The translations under genes were made by a program, and so were the position numbers. Source: Deltaproteobacteria bacterium (lineage in GTDB: Bacteria > Myxococcota > Myxococcia > SLRQ01). From it: DNA of 64,000 nt. Location: assembly GCA_029210625.1 (NCBI GenBank), contig JARGFU010000014.1, positions 50,956 through 114,955 on the forward strand, given 5' to 3'. Positions within the stretch are counted from its first letter, which is position 1, and each line of letters opens with the position of its first letter. The notes beneath the pieces are model-generated. The model did no database searches. It was not told the origin of the DNA and was given only the letters and a program-made list of their open reading frames with translations. Positions 35,872 to 46,119 of this stretch are shown piece after piece.

Positions 35872-36619
35872 AGACCGCGTCCCGGGTGAAGCGCAGGCGC
35901 CCGTGCTCGACCTCCGAGAGGAGGCGCAGGAGGGAGGGGACCTGCGCCGCGCGCAGCCGCGCTTCCTCCCCCTCTCCTCCCGCCTCACCCGGAGCGTAGA
36001 TCTGCCCGGCCAGGTGGGAGAGGACCTCCGAGGCCGGGCGGCGCTCGAAGCGGGTCTCGGCGGCCTGCTCGAGCCAGGCGATCCGCGTCAGGGGGTAGAC
36101 CTCGCTGCGGCCGGGGCGGCCGCCGTCGGACCACCAGGGGGTGCCGCAGAGGCGCCAGCCCTCGGGGGTGGGGAAGACGAGGGCGCTCTCCTCGGTGATC
36201 GCCCGCGCGCCGGCGTTGCCCGCCAGGGTGGTCTTGCCCACCTCGGGGGGGCCGAAGCAGAGGTGCGCCCCCTCCCCCACCTCGAGGGCGGCGGCGTGGA
36301 CCAGGAAGCCCCCGAGGGGAGCGATCGCCCGCACGAGGACGAAGCGCAGCGCGGCCCGCAGCTGCTCCATGCCCACCGGGCCGGCCGCCCGCACCACCCG
36401 CGGTCCGAGGGCCTCGATCCGCATCGCGCGCGCACCCTCGAGCTCGAGGCGGCGCGCGCGGTGGCTCACCGGCCCGTGCTCGAGGTGGTAGGCCTCCGCG
36501 CCGGGCGGGCCGGCCGGCGCCCCCGCCCCGAAGACCTCCTGCCAGACCCGATCGAGCCTGATCTCCACCGGCCCCAGCGAGAGCGGCGCGTGGGCCTCAG
36601 CCCTGGCCGGACGACTCAT
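35861..36619 (-). CDS. HprK-like P-loop kinase family protein
   Basis: GGFLVHAAALEVGEGAHLCFGPPEVGKTTLAGN resembles the HPr kinase C-terminal-like fold seen in peptide-modification cassettes. The start overlaps the precursor ORF by 23 nt. Confidence 0.6.
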   Translation of the reverse strand: MSRPARAEAHAPLSLGPVEIRLDRVWQEVFGAGAPAGPPGAEAYHLEHGPVSHRARRLELEGARAMRIEALGPRVVRAAGPVGMEQLRAALRFVLVRAIAPLGGFLVHAAALEVGEGAHLCFGPPEVGKTTLAGNAGARAITEESALVFPTPEGWRLCGTPWWSDGGRPGRSEVYPLTRIAWLEQAAETRFERRPASEVLSHLAGQIYAPGEAGGEGEEARLRAAQVPSLLRLLSEVEHGRLRFTRDAVYAG

Positions 36620-36767
36620 TCTCGTCCGGCGGCGCGTCCCGGAAGGGGCCCGAGAAGATCACGCCCCCGGTGCCACTGCCGCCCAGGGGCGTCACGAAGC
36701 GCAGGGTCTCGGTGATGATGGCGGGCGACTCGTAGGGCAGCCGCTCCTTCTTCTCGACTTCACTCAT
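36597..36767 (-). CDS. 56-aa candidate RiPP precursor peptide (Cys-free)
   Basis: MSEVEKKERLPYESPAIITETLRFVTPLGGSGTGGVIFSGPFRDAPPDENESSGQG. AGGAG lies 8 nt upstream of ATG 36767, one of the best RBS in the window. It has a YxxPxI leader-type motif and is translationally coupled to the kinase-like gene. Confidence 0.65.
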   Translation of the reverse strand: MSEVEKKERLPYESPAIITETLRFVTPLGGSGTGGVIFSGPFRDAPPDENESSGQG

Positions 36768-36804
36768 CTCATACTCCTGGTGGGTCCGCCCGGGGGCGGG
36801 ACCG

Positions 36805-39800
36805 TCAGTCATGATACACGATGATGGTCCCGTTGGTCGGGGTGGACACAAGATCGGCCACGAGCAGGTCGGGCCGTCCATCTCCATTGTAGTCCCCGAT
36901 GTCCACGGACAAACCCACGGCCGCCAGACTGGCCGAGAGCAGCTCGGTGTCGGGATAGAGGGGGTAGTGGGTCCCGGAGCCGGTGTTGAAGTAGATCCCG
37001 GCCCCGGAGGGGGTAGTGGCGTTGTTCGAGCCCACGGCCAGGTCCGGGCGGCCGTCGAGGTTCAGGTCCCCGACGGCGAGGTCGAAGCCCCAGTTCGCCA
37101 CGGCCTGCCCCACGGGCACCCGGAGGGTCGTCAGCAGGGCGCCGACGCCCGCGGCGGAGGTGGGGTAGATCCGCACCCGCCGGTGGTCCGCGTCCGCGAG
37201 GATGAGCTCGGGGGTGGCGGCGCCGGTGACGAAGGCGGAGACCGCCCGGTTGCCCAGGGCGTTGGCCTTCTGGCTCGCGGTGGTGCTGCCCGAGGTGGCG
37301 CCGGTGAGGGTGGTGAGGGTGCCGGTGGTCGCCGAGACCGTGCCCGAGGCCGCGCCGAGGCTCGCCCCGTCGTAGACGTAGGTGGTGGCGATGGTGGAGG
37401 CCGGCAGGGTGAGCTCCTCGGCGCCGTCGCCGTCGAGGTCTCCGAGGCCGGTGACGCCCCAGCGGTAGCCGAAGATGTCGTCCACCGCCCCACCCTCGAG
37501 GGTGAGCTCGGCCAAGGTCACGGGGACGTAGAAGGTGACCCCGCCGTCGTCGGTCGCGGTCTGGGCCACCTGCCAGGCGGCCTTGGTCCGGCCGGCGAAG
37601 ACGTAGGCCCGGCCCCGGGCGGAGGCGGCGCCCGGCGCGCCCACGATCAGCTCGGCGCGCCCGTCGGGCGTCGCGTCGGCCACCTGCCGGAAGTCGGCCG
37701 GCGCCCCGACCATCTTGCCGAACTCGCCGACGCCGGTGGCGCCGCGCAGCTCGACGAAGTCGGCGGCGTTCAGCCAGCAGAGGCTGAAGTCGGCGCTGCA
37801 GTCGGTGCCGCTGCGGTCCTGGCCGAAGTAGATCCGCACCCGGCCGCGGTTGGCGCCATAGCCGCTGGCGCCCACGATCAGATCGGGGATGCCGTCGCCG
37901 GACACGTCGCCGGAGGCGAGGTGCATGCCGAAGAGATCCCCCGCGAGGCCCGGCGAGAGGCGCTGGCGGCGGGCGTCCTGCGCGCTGTAGGCGGCGCCCC
38001 CGTAGTAGACGTAGGTGGCGCCGGCGGCGTTCGCGCCGGAGACCCGGAGGGTGACCGCCGAGGCGGCGAAGTCGGGGTGGCCGTCGTTGTTCACGTCACC
38101 GATGCCGGCCATCTGCCAGGGGAAGTTCCCGCCCTCCCCCATCAGGTTGGTCACCGTCCAGGGGTTGGCCTCGGTCACCACGTTGACCAGGGGCGAGCGG
38201 TTGCCCACCTCGTCCTCCGCCCGCAGGGCGATCCAGTAGGAGTTGATCGGCGGCAGGGGGGTGAGCGCGAGGCTCTGGCCGGTCCCCGGCGCGCCGGGCG
38301 CGAAGCCGACGGTGAAGGGGTGCGCCCCGTCGAAGTCGGTCTCGTTGGCGATCGCCGCGTGCTCCCAGCTCAGGCTGTAGGCCGCCGCCGTGCCGCTGTT
38401 GCCGTCGTCGCCGGTGTCGGTCCAGGTGAGCTCGACGGTGGCCGCCCGGTTGTCCGTGAGGCTCGAGCTGACGGCCGGCGCGGCCGGCGCCTGCACGTCG
38501 ACGGTGATCGGCACGATGTCCTCGATCGTGTTGCCCGCCGCGTCGGTCACGCGGGCGGTCAGATCCCCGACGCTGTCCTGGGCGATGACGACGTCCACCA
38601 GGCTCACGGTCTGCGGGGAGCTGGTGATGCTCACCGCGCTCACGAGGTCCGCGCCACCGAAGAGCAGGCGCAGGGTGCCGCCGATGGCGCCGGTGACCTC
38701 GAAGGTGAAGTCCGCCTCGAGGTTGCCGCCGGCGATCCCGTCCTGCACGACGGTGGTGCCCATCCAGGTGCCCGCGGCGAGGTAGCGGTTGGTCGCCGAC
38801 ACGAAGGTGAAGGCCGCGCCCACCGGGGCGGTGCGCGTGAGCCCGGGCGCCGTCACGTCCACCGAGGCGTCGAAGGTGGAGGTGGTGACGTTGCTGGCCG
38901 CGTCGACGATCCGCGCCATCACCGGCACCCCGGTGGCGCCGTCGGCCAGCCCCAGGAGGAAGGAGGCGTTGCCCGTGCCCGCGTCGCTGGCGACGGTGGT
39001 GACGAGGCTGCCCGAGACCCAGAGCTCGATGTCCCGACCGGCGCAGTCCGAGGTGGAGGCGGTGACGGTCGTCTGCAGGCCGGCGGTGCCCGGCTGCTCG
39101 TCGTCGCTCACCACGAAGGTGACGTTGGCGCTGGCGGGATCCAGCCAGCGGATGCTGCAGCCGAGGGTGTCGACGGTGATCTGCACCGGGCTGGAGACGC
39201 CGACGTTCCCGGCGGTGTCGGTGACCTCGGCCCGGACGTCGTAGGTGGCGTCCGAGAGGCTCACGGCCTCGGTCTGGGGCTGGCTGGCGGCGACGGTGCG
39301 GTTGGCCAGGGTGCCGCCGGTCCCCTGATCGACGAGGATCAGGGGGTTGCCGGTGGCGGCGCCCGCGACCTGGATCTGGAAGTCGACGCTGCCCACGTTG
39401 AGGGTCGTCCCGCCGGCCGGCGAGAGGATCGACACGGTGGGCGGCAGGGTGTCGACGGTGACGGCGCGCTCGGTGTTGGCCGGGTTGCCCACGGCGTCCT
39501 GGACCTGCACCCGCAGCTGGTGGCTGCCCTGGGTCAGGCTCTGCCCGGCGAGGCTCGCGGCGCCGCCGGAGAGGGTGGCGGTGCCGACCGTGCTCCCGTC
39601 CACCAGGAAGGTGACGGTCTGGCCGTCCTCTGCGTTGGAGACCACGGCGTAGGTGAAGTCGTAGTCGGCGGTGGCGGGGATGGCGTCGCCCGCCGCGTTC
39701 AGGTTGCTGCCCGCCGGGCCCGAGATGGCGATCGTCGGCGCGACCGTGTCCACGATCAGCGGCAGCTGCGCTTGGGGATCGGAGAGCGGCGGGTTCACCG

Positions 39801-42800
39801 AACGGTTGGGGTTGCCGGCCGCGTCGTAGACGGTGGCGACGAGGGCGTGTCCGCCCTGGGCCAGGGTCCCGCAGATCGTCGCGGTGCCGCCGGAGACGGT
39901 CGCGGTGCCGACCAGGGTGCCGGCCGCCGGGTTGTTGGTCTCGATCCGGGCCACCTGGCCATCGGCGTCCACCGCCGTGAGGGTGAGGCAGACCTGCCCC
40001 CCGCTCCCGGCGAGCTCGAGGGCGTTGATCGAGCCGGAGGGCGCCATGGTGTCGGTGTCCGCCACGAAGGTCAGCACGTCCGGAGGCGTGGTGTCGGCGC
40101 AGAGGGCCAGGGGCGCGGAGGAGCTGTAGTTCCCGGCCCGGTCGCGCACCTCGGCCTGCAGGGTCTGCACGCCATCGGCCAGGGTCGCCGGCAGGAAGAC
40201 CGCGACGTTGCCCGAGACCGTCGACTCGTCGATCACGAAGGCCGAGGGGTTGCCCTGGCAGCTGCCGAGGCCGCTGCCCGGATCCACGCTCGTGCAGAGG
40301 GAGAGGGGCAGGCCGTCCTCGACCCCCACGGTGCTCACGTCCACCTGCAGCTGCAGCCCGGCGAGGGTGCCGTTCAGGTCGTCGAAGACGTTGAAGCAGG
40401 GAGGGAGGCTCGTGGGATCCGGGCGGGTGATGGAGACCACCGGGGCGCCCCGATCCACGGTCACCGTGACGCTGGACTCGGTGATGTTGCCGGCCGGGTC
40501 GGTGGCCACGGCCACCAGGCTGACCGTGTCGGTGTCACCGAGGGTCAGGGTCGTCCCGTTGAAGATGTGATCGACGGCGGCGGCGGCGGGAGAGATCGGT
40601 GATCCCTCGGCCGGCTTGCGGCTCCAGCCGGTGGCCCCGGTGTCGCCGAAGGTGTTGGTGACCAGCAGGGCCACGCTCCCGGCCGTCCCGACCCCGGAGA
40701 AGCTCACCCGCACGTTGCGCTGGAAGCCAGCGGTGCCGGAGGTGTCGTCGCCGTCGTTGAAGATCCGCCCGGTCAGGATGCCGGGGAAGGCGACGGTCGG
40801 GGCCAGGCGATCGACGCTCACGCTCACCGTGGCCGGGGTGCTGACGTTCCCGGCCTGATCGGTCGCGGTGAAGGTGAGGGTGCAGGTGGTCTGATCGTCG
40901 AGGGTCGGCCGCACGCGAGCCTCGATCTGCGTCCCGAAGACCCCGAAGGTCACCGGCAGGACGGTGGGCGCGGCGCCGCCGCAGCTCACCTCGAGCGAAC
41001 CCGCGGAGCCGGCCTTCACCGAGCTGCCGGTGGAGGGATCACTGGCCGTCCCGACGAAGGCGATCTGGAAGCCCGCGGCGGCGCTGGCATCGGCGTCGGT
41101 GAGGTTGAAGGTCTTGCCGTCGGCGGGGGAGGAGATCACGGCCACCGGCGCCTCGAGGTCCACCTCGACGGTGGTGCTCAGGGCCGGCGCCTCGTCCACG
41201 CCGCCCACGTCGCAGGTCGCCTCGAGGAGGTTCGTGCCGTGGTTGCCGGCGGCGTCGGTGGAGAAGGTGACGCCGGAGAAGACCAACTCGCCGCCCGAGG
41301 CGGTGCCGGTGGACGTGGTGGTGGCGCCGGAGGGATCGGTCAGGGAGAGCTCGACGGTCGCGCCGTCGGCCGCGGAGGTGCGCACCCGCACGTCCGCCTG
41401 CACCCCGTCCGAGAGATCGGCGTTCTGGTCCGCCGGGGCGCCCAGAGAGGCTCCGTCGATGGGCTGGACCAGGTTGCAGGTCACCACGCCGGTGCTCACC
41501 GTCACGTTGATGGAGCGCTCGCCGGTGAGGCCGGAGACCGAGGTGGCGACTGCCCGCAGCCGGTGCGGACCCTGGGGCAGGTCCACGGCCGGGAAGATCG
41601 CCCGGAGGGAGGCGTTGGTGGCCACGGGCCCGATGGGCGCCCGGTAGACGAAGGTGCCGCCGTCGTCGTAGCCGATCTGGAGCACCACGGAGGCGCCCGC
41701 CGGCTTGTTGGGCACCTGGACGGTCACGTCGTACTGGAATCCCGGGGCGGCGGCCACGTCGTCGGCGAGGGTCAGGAAGAGGCCATCGCTGGGCTGGACG
41801 AAGACCACCTGGGGCGGGTTCGCGTCGATGGTCACGCTGACCGGGCTGCTGCTGACCGCGTTGCCCGCGACGTCGGCGGCGCTGGCGGTCAGGACGTGGG
41901 CGCCCGAGGGGAGGTTCAGGGCCAAGAGCGTGCCATCGGAGGCGACGCTGCCGCTGCCGGAGAGCCCGGTGTCGGTGCTCACGCTGACGATCTGCCCGTC
42001 CTCGAGGCAGGTGGTGACCACCTCGACGGCGACCGAGGTGTCGTAGAGGGTCGCGCCGTCCTGCGGGAGGGCGATGGTGATCGCGGGCGGAGAGATGTCG
42101 ACGGTGAAGCTCACCGGCGCGCTGTCGAGGCCGGTGCCGCCCACGTCGATGGTGGCGGTGCAGGTGGCGAGGGCGCCCTCGCAGGGGAGGGAGGCGAAGG
42201 TGACCTCCACCCGGGCCGTCCCGGCGGCGCCGAGGCTGCCGGCGCCGGTCCCCGACGCGCCGGTGCAGACCACGCTCACCGCCGAGCCGGCCGGGAGGCC
42301 GGGCGCCGAGACGTCCACCGGCACGGTGGTGTCGGTGACGCCGGAGGATGCGCGGTTCACCAGCGCGCCCGCGGCGGGCGCGGCGATGGTGACCTGCTCG
42401 CTGCCGGTGGAGAGGACGAACTCCACCGGGCCGTCGGTGCCGACGTTGCCGGCGGGATCACCGATCGCGACCTCGGTGGACCAGGCGCCGTCGGCGTCGA
42501 GGGTGACCTCGAGGAGGTAGCGGTTGGCGTTGGTGGGATCGACGCAGCCGTCCACCCCCACGACGCAGGAGGCGGTGGCGGTGGCCCCGGTGTCCAGGTT
42601 GGTGAGGAGCAGGTCGATCTCGGCCGAGCGCTCGGGCTGCTGGGGGTCGGGGGTGACCTCCAGGCCGGGCGCCTCGACGGTGACGTCGATCTGGATGCCG
42701 TTGGTGGCGTCGCCGTCCTTGTCCGACGCGAGCCCGAGGAGGATGCCCGAGGTCGGGAAGAGCATCACCGGCGCGGGGCGCAGGGAGTCGACGTGGTAGT

Positions 42801-43839
42801 CCACCGGGGCGGAGAGGCCCGAGGGGCTGCCGGCCCCGGCCGGGCGCACCTCGACCTGCACCCGCACGGCCTCACCGTCGGGCAGGGTCACGGCGCCGAA
42901 GTCCACCGAGGTCGTGGTCACGTCCACCGTCGCGAGGTCCGCACCCTCGACCATCAGCACGGCCTGGCCGCCCTGGCAGTCGGGGGTGGTGGCCCCGAGG
43001 AGGGCCTGGATGCCGTTCGCTGCGTTCCCGTCCTCGTCGGGCACCGCGGTGCGGCCCGGCAGCCGGGGGGTGTCACCGTCGAGGTTGAAGACCACCGCGC
43101 CCTCGGGGCTGAGCCGCACCTCGCAGGAGGGGGTGTCGACGATCACCCGCACCTGATCGCTCCAGGAGCCCGCCGCCGCGGTCACGGTGGCGACCAGGAG
43201 GTTCGCGCCCTCGCTGAAGGTGACGGAGGGGAAGGTGGTGGTCGGGCCGGCGAAGACCACCGAGGGCAGCCCCCGGCCGTCGATGGTGAGGTTGGCGGGG
43301 GTGCCCGTGAGATCCTCGCTGCACTGCACGACCACGTCGTGCTGGAAGCCGCGGGTGCCGGGATCGGCGTCGTCCGCCTCGCCGAGGGTGGAGTCGGCGA
43401 CCGGCTGGACGAAGGCGCAGTCGAGGGTGACCGGGCGCTCCACCGCCACGGTGACGGTGTCGTTGGCCGCCAGCTCGCTCTCGCGGTCCCGCACCGAGAC
43501 CGTGATCCGGGCCAGCCCGTCCGCGGGATCGCCGACCACGGTGACCGCCGGGAAGGAGATGGTCGTCCCCACCACGAAGCCCGGCACGGCGAGGTTGGCG
43601 TCCTCGTTGACGATCACCGAGGCGCCGGAGCCGTCCTCGACGTTCTCGACGGTGGCTTCGACCGGGATCTGGATCCCCACCCGGCTGGGGTCGACGTCGT
43701 CGTCCAGGGTGATCACCTGCGCCTCGGTGGGGCTGGTGATGTTGATGACCGGCTCCTTGCCGCCCTTGCCGCACTTGCAGCCGGTCAGCGGCAGCAGGAC
43801 GACCAGCAGGAACATGAACGCCGAACTCAGGTGACGCAT
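36805..43839 (-). CDS. Giant surface lipoprotein: about 17 Ig-like repeats plus C-terminal FG-GAP/VCBS (integrin-alpha-like) repeats
   Basis: MRHLSSAFMFLLVVLLPLTGC lipobox; GAGGGAG upstream of ATG 43839. Recurrent ...P(P/T)V.I..P..G... Ig-type modules. FG-GAP motifs GDVNNDGHPDF, GDVSGDGIPDLIVGA, GDLDGDGAEEL, GDLNLDGRPDLAVGS and GDYNGDGRPDLLVAD. Confidence 0.85.
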   Translation of the reverse strand: MRHLSSAFMFLLVVLLPLTGCKCGKGGKEPVINITSPTEAQVITLDDDVDPSRVGIQIPVEATVENVEDGSGASVIVNEDANLAVPGFVVGTTISFPAVTVVGDPADGLARITVSVRDRESELAANDTVTVAVERPVTLDCAFVQPVADSTLGEADDADPGTRGFQHDVVVQCSEDLTGTPANLTIDGRGLPSVVFAGPTTTFPSVTFSEGANLLVATVTAAAGSWSDQVRVIVDTPSCEVRLSPEGAVVFNLDGDTPRLPGRTAVPDEDGNAANGIQALLGATTPDCQGGQAVLMVEGADLATVDVTTTSVDFGAVTLPDGEAVRVQVEVRPAGAGSPSGLSAPVDYHVDSLRPAPVMLFPTSGILLGLASDKDGDATNGIQIDVTVEAPGLEVTPDPQQPERSAEIDLLLTNLDTGATATASCVVGVDGCVDPTNANRYLLEVTLDADGAWSTEVAIGDPAGNVGTDGPVEFVLSTGSEQVTIAAPAAGALVNRASSGVTDTTVPVDVSAPGLPAGSAVSVVCTGASGTGAGSLGAAGTARVEVTFASLPCEGALATCTATIDVGGTGLDSAPVSFTVDISPPAITIALPQDGATLYDTSVAVEVVTTCLEDGQIVSVSTDTGLSGSGSVASDGTLLALNLPSGAHVLTASAADVAGNAVSSSPVSVTIDANPPQVVFVQPSDGLFLTLADDVAAAPGFQYDVTVQVPNKPAGASVVLQIGYDDGGTFVYRAPIGPVATNASLRAIFPAVDLPQGPHRLRAVATSVSGLTGERSINVTVSTGVVTCNLVQPIDGASLGAPADQNADLSDGVQADVRVRTSAADGATVELSLTDPSGATTTSTGTASGGELVFSGVTFSTDAAGNHGTNLLEATCDVGGVDEAPALSTTVEVDLEAPVAVISSPADGKTFNLTDADASAAAGFQIAFVGTASDPSTGSSVKAGSAGSLEVSCGGAAPTVLPVTFGVFGTQIEARVRPTLDDQTTCTLTFTATDQAGNVSTPATVSVSVDRLAPTVAFPGILTGRIFNDGDDTSGTAGFQRNVRVSFSGVGTAGSVALLVTNTFGDTGATGWSRKPAEGSPISPAAAAVDHIFNGTTLTLGDTDTVSLVAVATDPAGNITESSVTVTVDRGAPVVSITRPDPTSLPPCFNVFDDLNGTLAGLQLQVDVSTVGVEDGLPLSLCTSVDPGSGLGSCQGNPSAFVIDESTVSGNVAVFLPATLADGVQTLQAEVRDRAGNYSSSAPLALCADTTPPDVLTFVADTDTMAPSGSINALELAGSGGQVCLTLTAVDADGQVARIETNNPAAGTLVGTATVSGGTATICGTLAQGGHALVATVYDAAGNPNRSVNPPLSDPQAQLPLIVDTVAPTIAISGPAGSNLNAAGDAIPATADYDFTYAVVSNAEDGQTVTFLVDGSTVGTATLSGGAASLAGQSLTQGSHQLRVQVQDAVGNPANTERAVTVDTLPPTVSILSPAGGTTLNVGSVDFQIQVAGAATGNPLILVDQGTGGTLANRTVAASQPQTEAVSLSDATYDVRAEVTDTAGNVGVSSPVQITVDTLGCSIRWLDPASANVTFVVSDDEQPGTAGLQTTVTASTSDCAGRDIELWVSGSLVTTVASDAGTGNASFLLGLADGATGVPVMARIVDAASNVTTSTFDASVDVTAPGLTRTAPVGAAFTFVSATNRYLAAGTWMGTTVVQDGIAGGNLEADFTFEVTGAIGGTLRLLFGGADLVSAVSITSSPQTVSLVDVVIAQDSVGDLTARVTDAAGNTIEDIVPITVDVQAPAAPAVSSSLTDNRAATVELTWTDTGDDGNSGTAAAYSLSWEHAAIANETDFDGAHPFTVGFAPGAPGTGQSLALTPLPPINSYWIALRAEDEVGNRSPLVNVVTEANPWTVTNLMGEGGNFPWQMAGIGDVNNDGHPDFAASAVTLRVSGANAAGATYVYYGGAAYSAQDARRQRLSPGLAGDLFGMHLASGDVSGDGIPDLIVGASGYGANRGRVRIYFGQDRSGTDCSADFSLCWLNAADFVELRGATGVGEFGKMVGAPADFRQVADATPDGRAELIVGAPGAASARGRAYVFAGRTKAAWQVAQTATDDGGVTFYVPVTLAELTLEGGAVDDIFGYRWGVTGLGDLDGDGAEELTLPASTIATTYVYDGASLGAASGTVSATTGTLTTLTGATSGSTTASQKANALGNRAVSAFVTGAATPELILADADHRRVRIYPTSAAGVGALLTTLRVPVGQAVANWGFDLAVGDLNLDGRPDLAVGSNNATTPSGAGIYFNTGSGTHYPLYPDTELLSASLAAVGLSVDIGDYNGDGRPDLLVADLVSTPTNGTIIVYHD

Positions 43840-44022
43840 GAGCACAACTCCCTCGAGATTGGAGACAGCGGCGCTCGATCAGGATGTAGCGCGCGTACCT
43901 CTTTCCCTCCCGCGCGCCCGATCCTCTGGACCAGCGCCAATCAGAGGGATCCTAGCGGATATCGGTCGCTCTTGTCCCGATTCGGGGGGAGGGGCGCGCC
44001 GAGGGGCGCCCGCCCCCTGGCT

Positions 44023-44331
44023 TCAGCCCCGAGCGGCCAGGACCAGGAGCCCGCTCTCGATCAGCTTGCGGGCGAAGACCAGGACGTCGTCCCGGGCCTC
44101 GGGGAGCTCGACCTCGTAGCGCTCGCAGAGGGCCTGCGCGAGCTGCTCGAGGGAGGTGGAGCCGTCCATGCGCTCCCAGAGGAAGGGGCCGACGCCGGTC
44201 AGGGCGTGCATGACCCCCTCCGCGGGCTCGACCACGATGGTCTCGCCCTCGTACTGCTCGAACGCCAGCCCCTCCCGGGGCCTCGGGCAGGCCCCGAGAG
44301 ACAGGCTGGCTTTCGTCCCCCGTCCGGCCAA
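44023..44331 (-). CDS. PqqD-family protein (RiPP recognition element-like)
   Basis: [68 protein letters not shown] matches the PqqD pattern (LN..g..iW.l.dG..t..el...l...y.v......D...fl..L...gl). The only upstream in-frame start is TTG 44331, 3 nt after the etfA stop. Confidence 0.65.
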   Translation of the reverse strand: MAGRGTKASLSLGACPRPREGLAFEQYEGETIVVEPAEGVMHALTGVGPFLWERMDGSTSLEQLAQALCERYEVELPEARDDVLVFARKLIESGLLVLAARG

Positions 44332-44334
44332 GGC

Positions 44335-45291
<957 letters not shown>

Positions 45292-45327
45292 GATGTTTCT
45301 TCCTTTGTTCCGATTCTGTGGGGAGCG

Positions 45328-46119
45328 CTAGAGGACCTTCGCCTCGCTCTTGAGCTTGGCGACGAGGGTCGGCACGTCGGGGACGATCTCGCCACCGGCC
45401 CGCTCCGGGGGCGGCTTGAGGCCGAGGACCTTCACCGGCTCGTCCAACGCGACGCCCAGACCACCGGCGTCGATCTCCTTCAGCTCCTTCTTCTTCGCCT
45501 TCATGATCCCGGGGAGGGAGGCGTACCGCGGCTGGTTGAGCCGCAAGTCGCAGGTGACCACCGCCGGGAGGGAGAGGGAGAGATCCTCGAGGCCGCCGTC
45601 GACCTCGCGGGTGACCTTCAGGGCGCTCCCGTCGAACTCGAGGCCGGGCTTCTTCGCCTTCTCCTCATCGGACTCGAGCGAGGCCCGCTTGCTGGCCTGG
45701 GTCGCCAGGGCCCAGCCGAGGCGCTCGGCCAGCCGCTGCCCGGCCTGACCCTGATCGTCGTCCACCGCCTGCTTGCCCATCAGGACGAGGTCGGGAGACT
45801 CCTCCTCGACCACCTTCTGGATGAGGCGGGAGGCCACGTCGGCGCCGACGATGCCCGCGGTCTTCACGAGCACACCGCGATCGCCGCCCATCGCGAGGGC
45901 GGAGCGGATCTCGGCCGTGGTCTCGGAGCCACCCACCGAGAGGACGACCACCTCGCCGCCGTGGGCATCCTTTAGTCGCAGCGCCTCTTCCACCGCGATC
46001 TCGTCGAAGGGATTGACCTTGTAGTTGATGCCGTCGGTCACGATGCCGGAGCCATCCGGCTTGACCTTGATCTTGGACTCGGGGTCCTCGACACGCTTGA
46101 CGGTGACCAGGATCTTCAC
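45328..46119 (-). CDS. etfB: Electron transfer flavoprotein beta subunit
   Basis: MKILVTVKRVEDPESKIKVKPDGSGI...NPFDEIAVEEALRLK. GTG start with GAGG upstream. Confidence 0.9.
   Translation of the reverse strand: MKILVTVKRVEDPESKIKVKPDGSGIVTDGINYKVNPFDEIAVEEALRLKDAHGGEVVVLSVGGSETTAEIRSALAMGGDRGVLVKTAGIVGADVASRLIQKVVEEESPDLVLMGKQAVDDDQGQAGQRLAERLGWALATQASKRASLESDEEKAKKPGLEFDGSALKVTREVDGGLEDLSLSLPAVVTCDLRLNQPRYASLPGIMKAKKKELKEIDAGGLGVALDEPVKVLGLKPPPERAGGEIVPDVPTLVAKLKSEAKVL

Noticed and set aside
43846-44022. Small ORF, terminator or operator in the spacer between the PqqD-like gene and the giant gene. It contains GATCCTCTG-N13-CAGAGGGATC and a GC-rich imperfect hairpin near 43985-44015.
   Set aside because: Both inverted repeats need a bulge or mismatch and have no U tract. 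I found no convincing ORF. I note them only as possible regulatory sequence and cannot support a call.
27910-44331. A lasso-peptide cluster, suggested by the YxxP leader, PqqD, HprK-like kinase and transglutaminase-like protein.
   Set aside because: There is no asparagine-synthetase-like lasso cyclase. The TGase here is the large membrane DUF3488 type that partners with MoxR/DUF58, not a small B2 leader peptidase. The core has no Asp/Glu at positions 7-9 after a plausible cleavage site.
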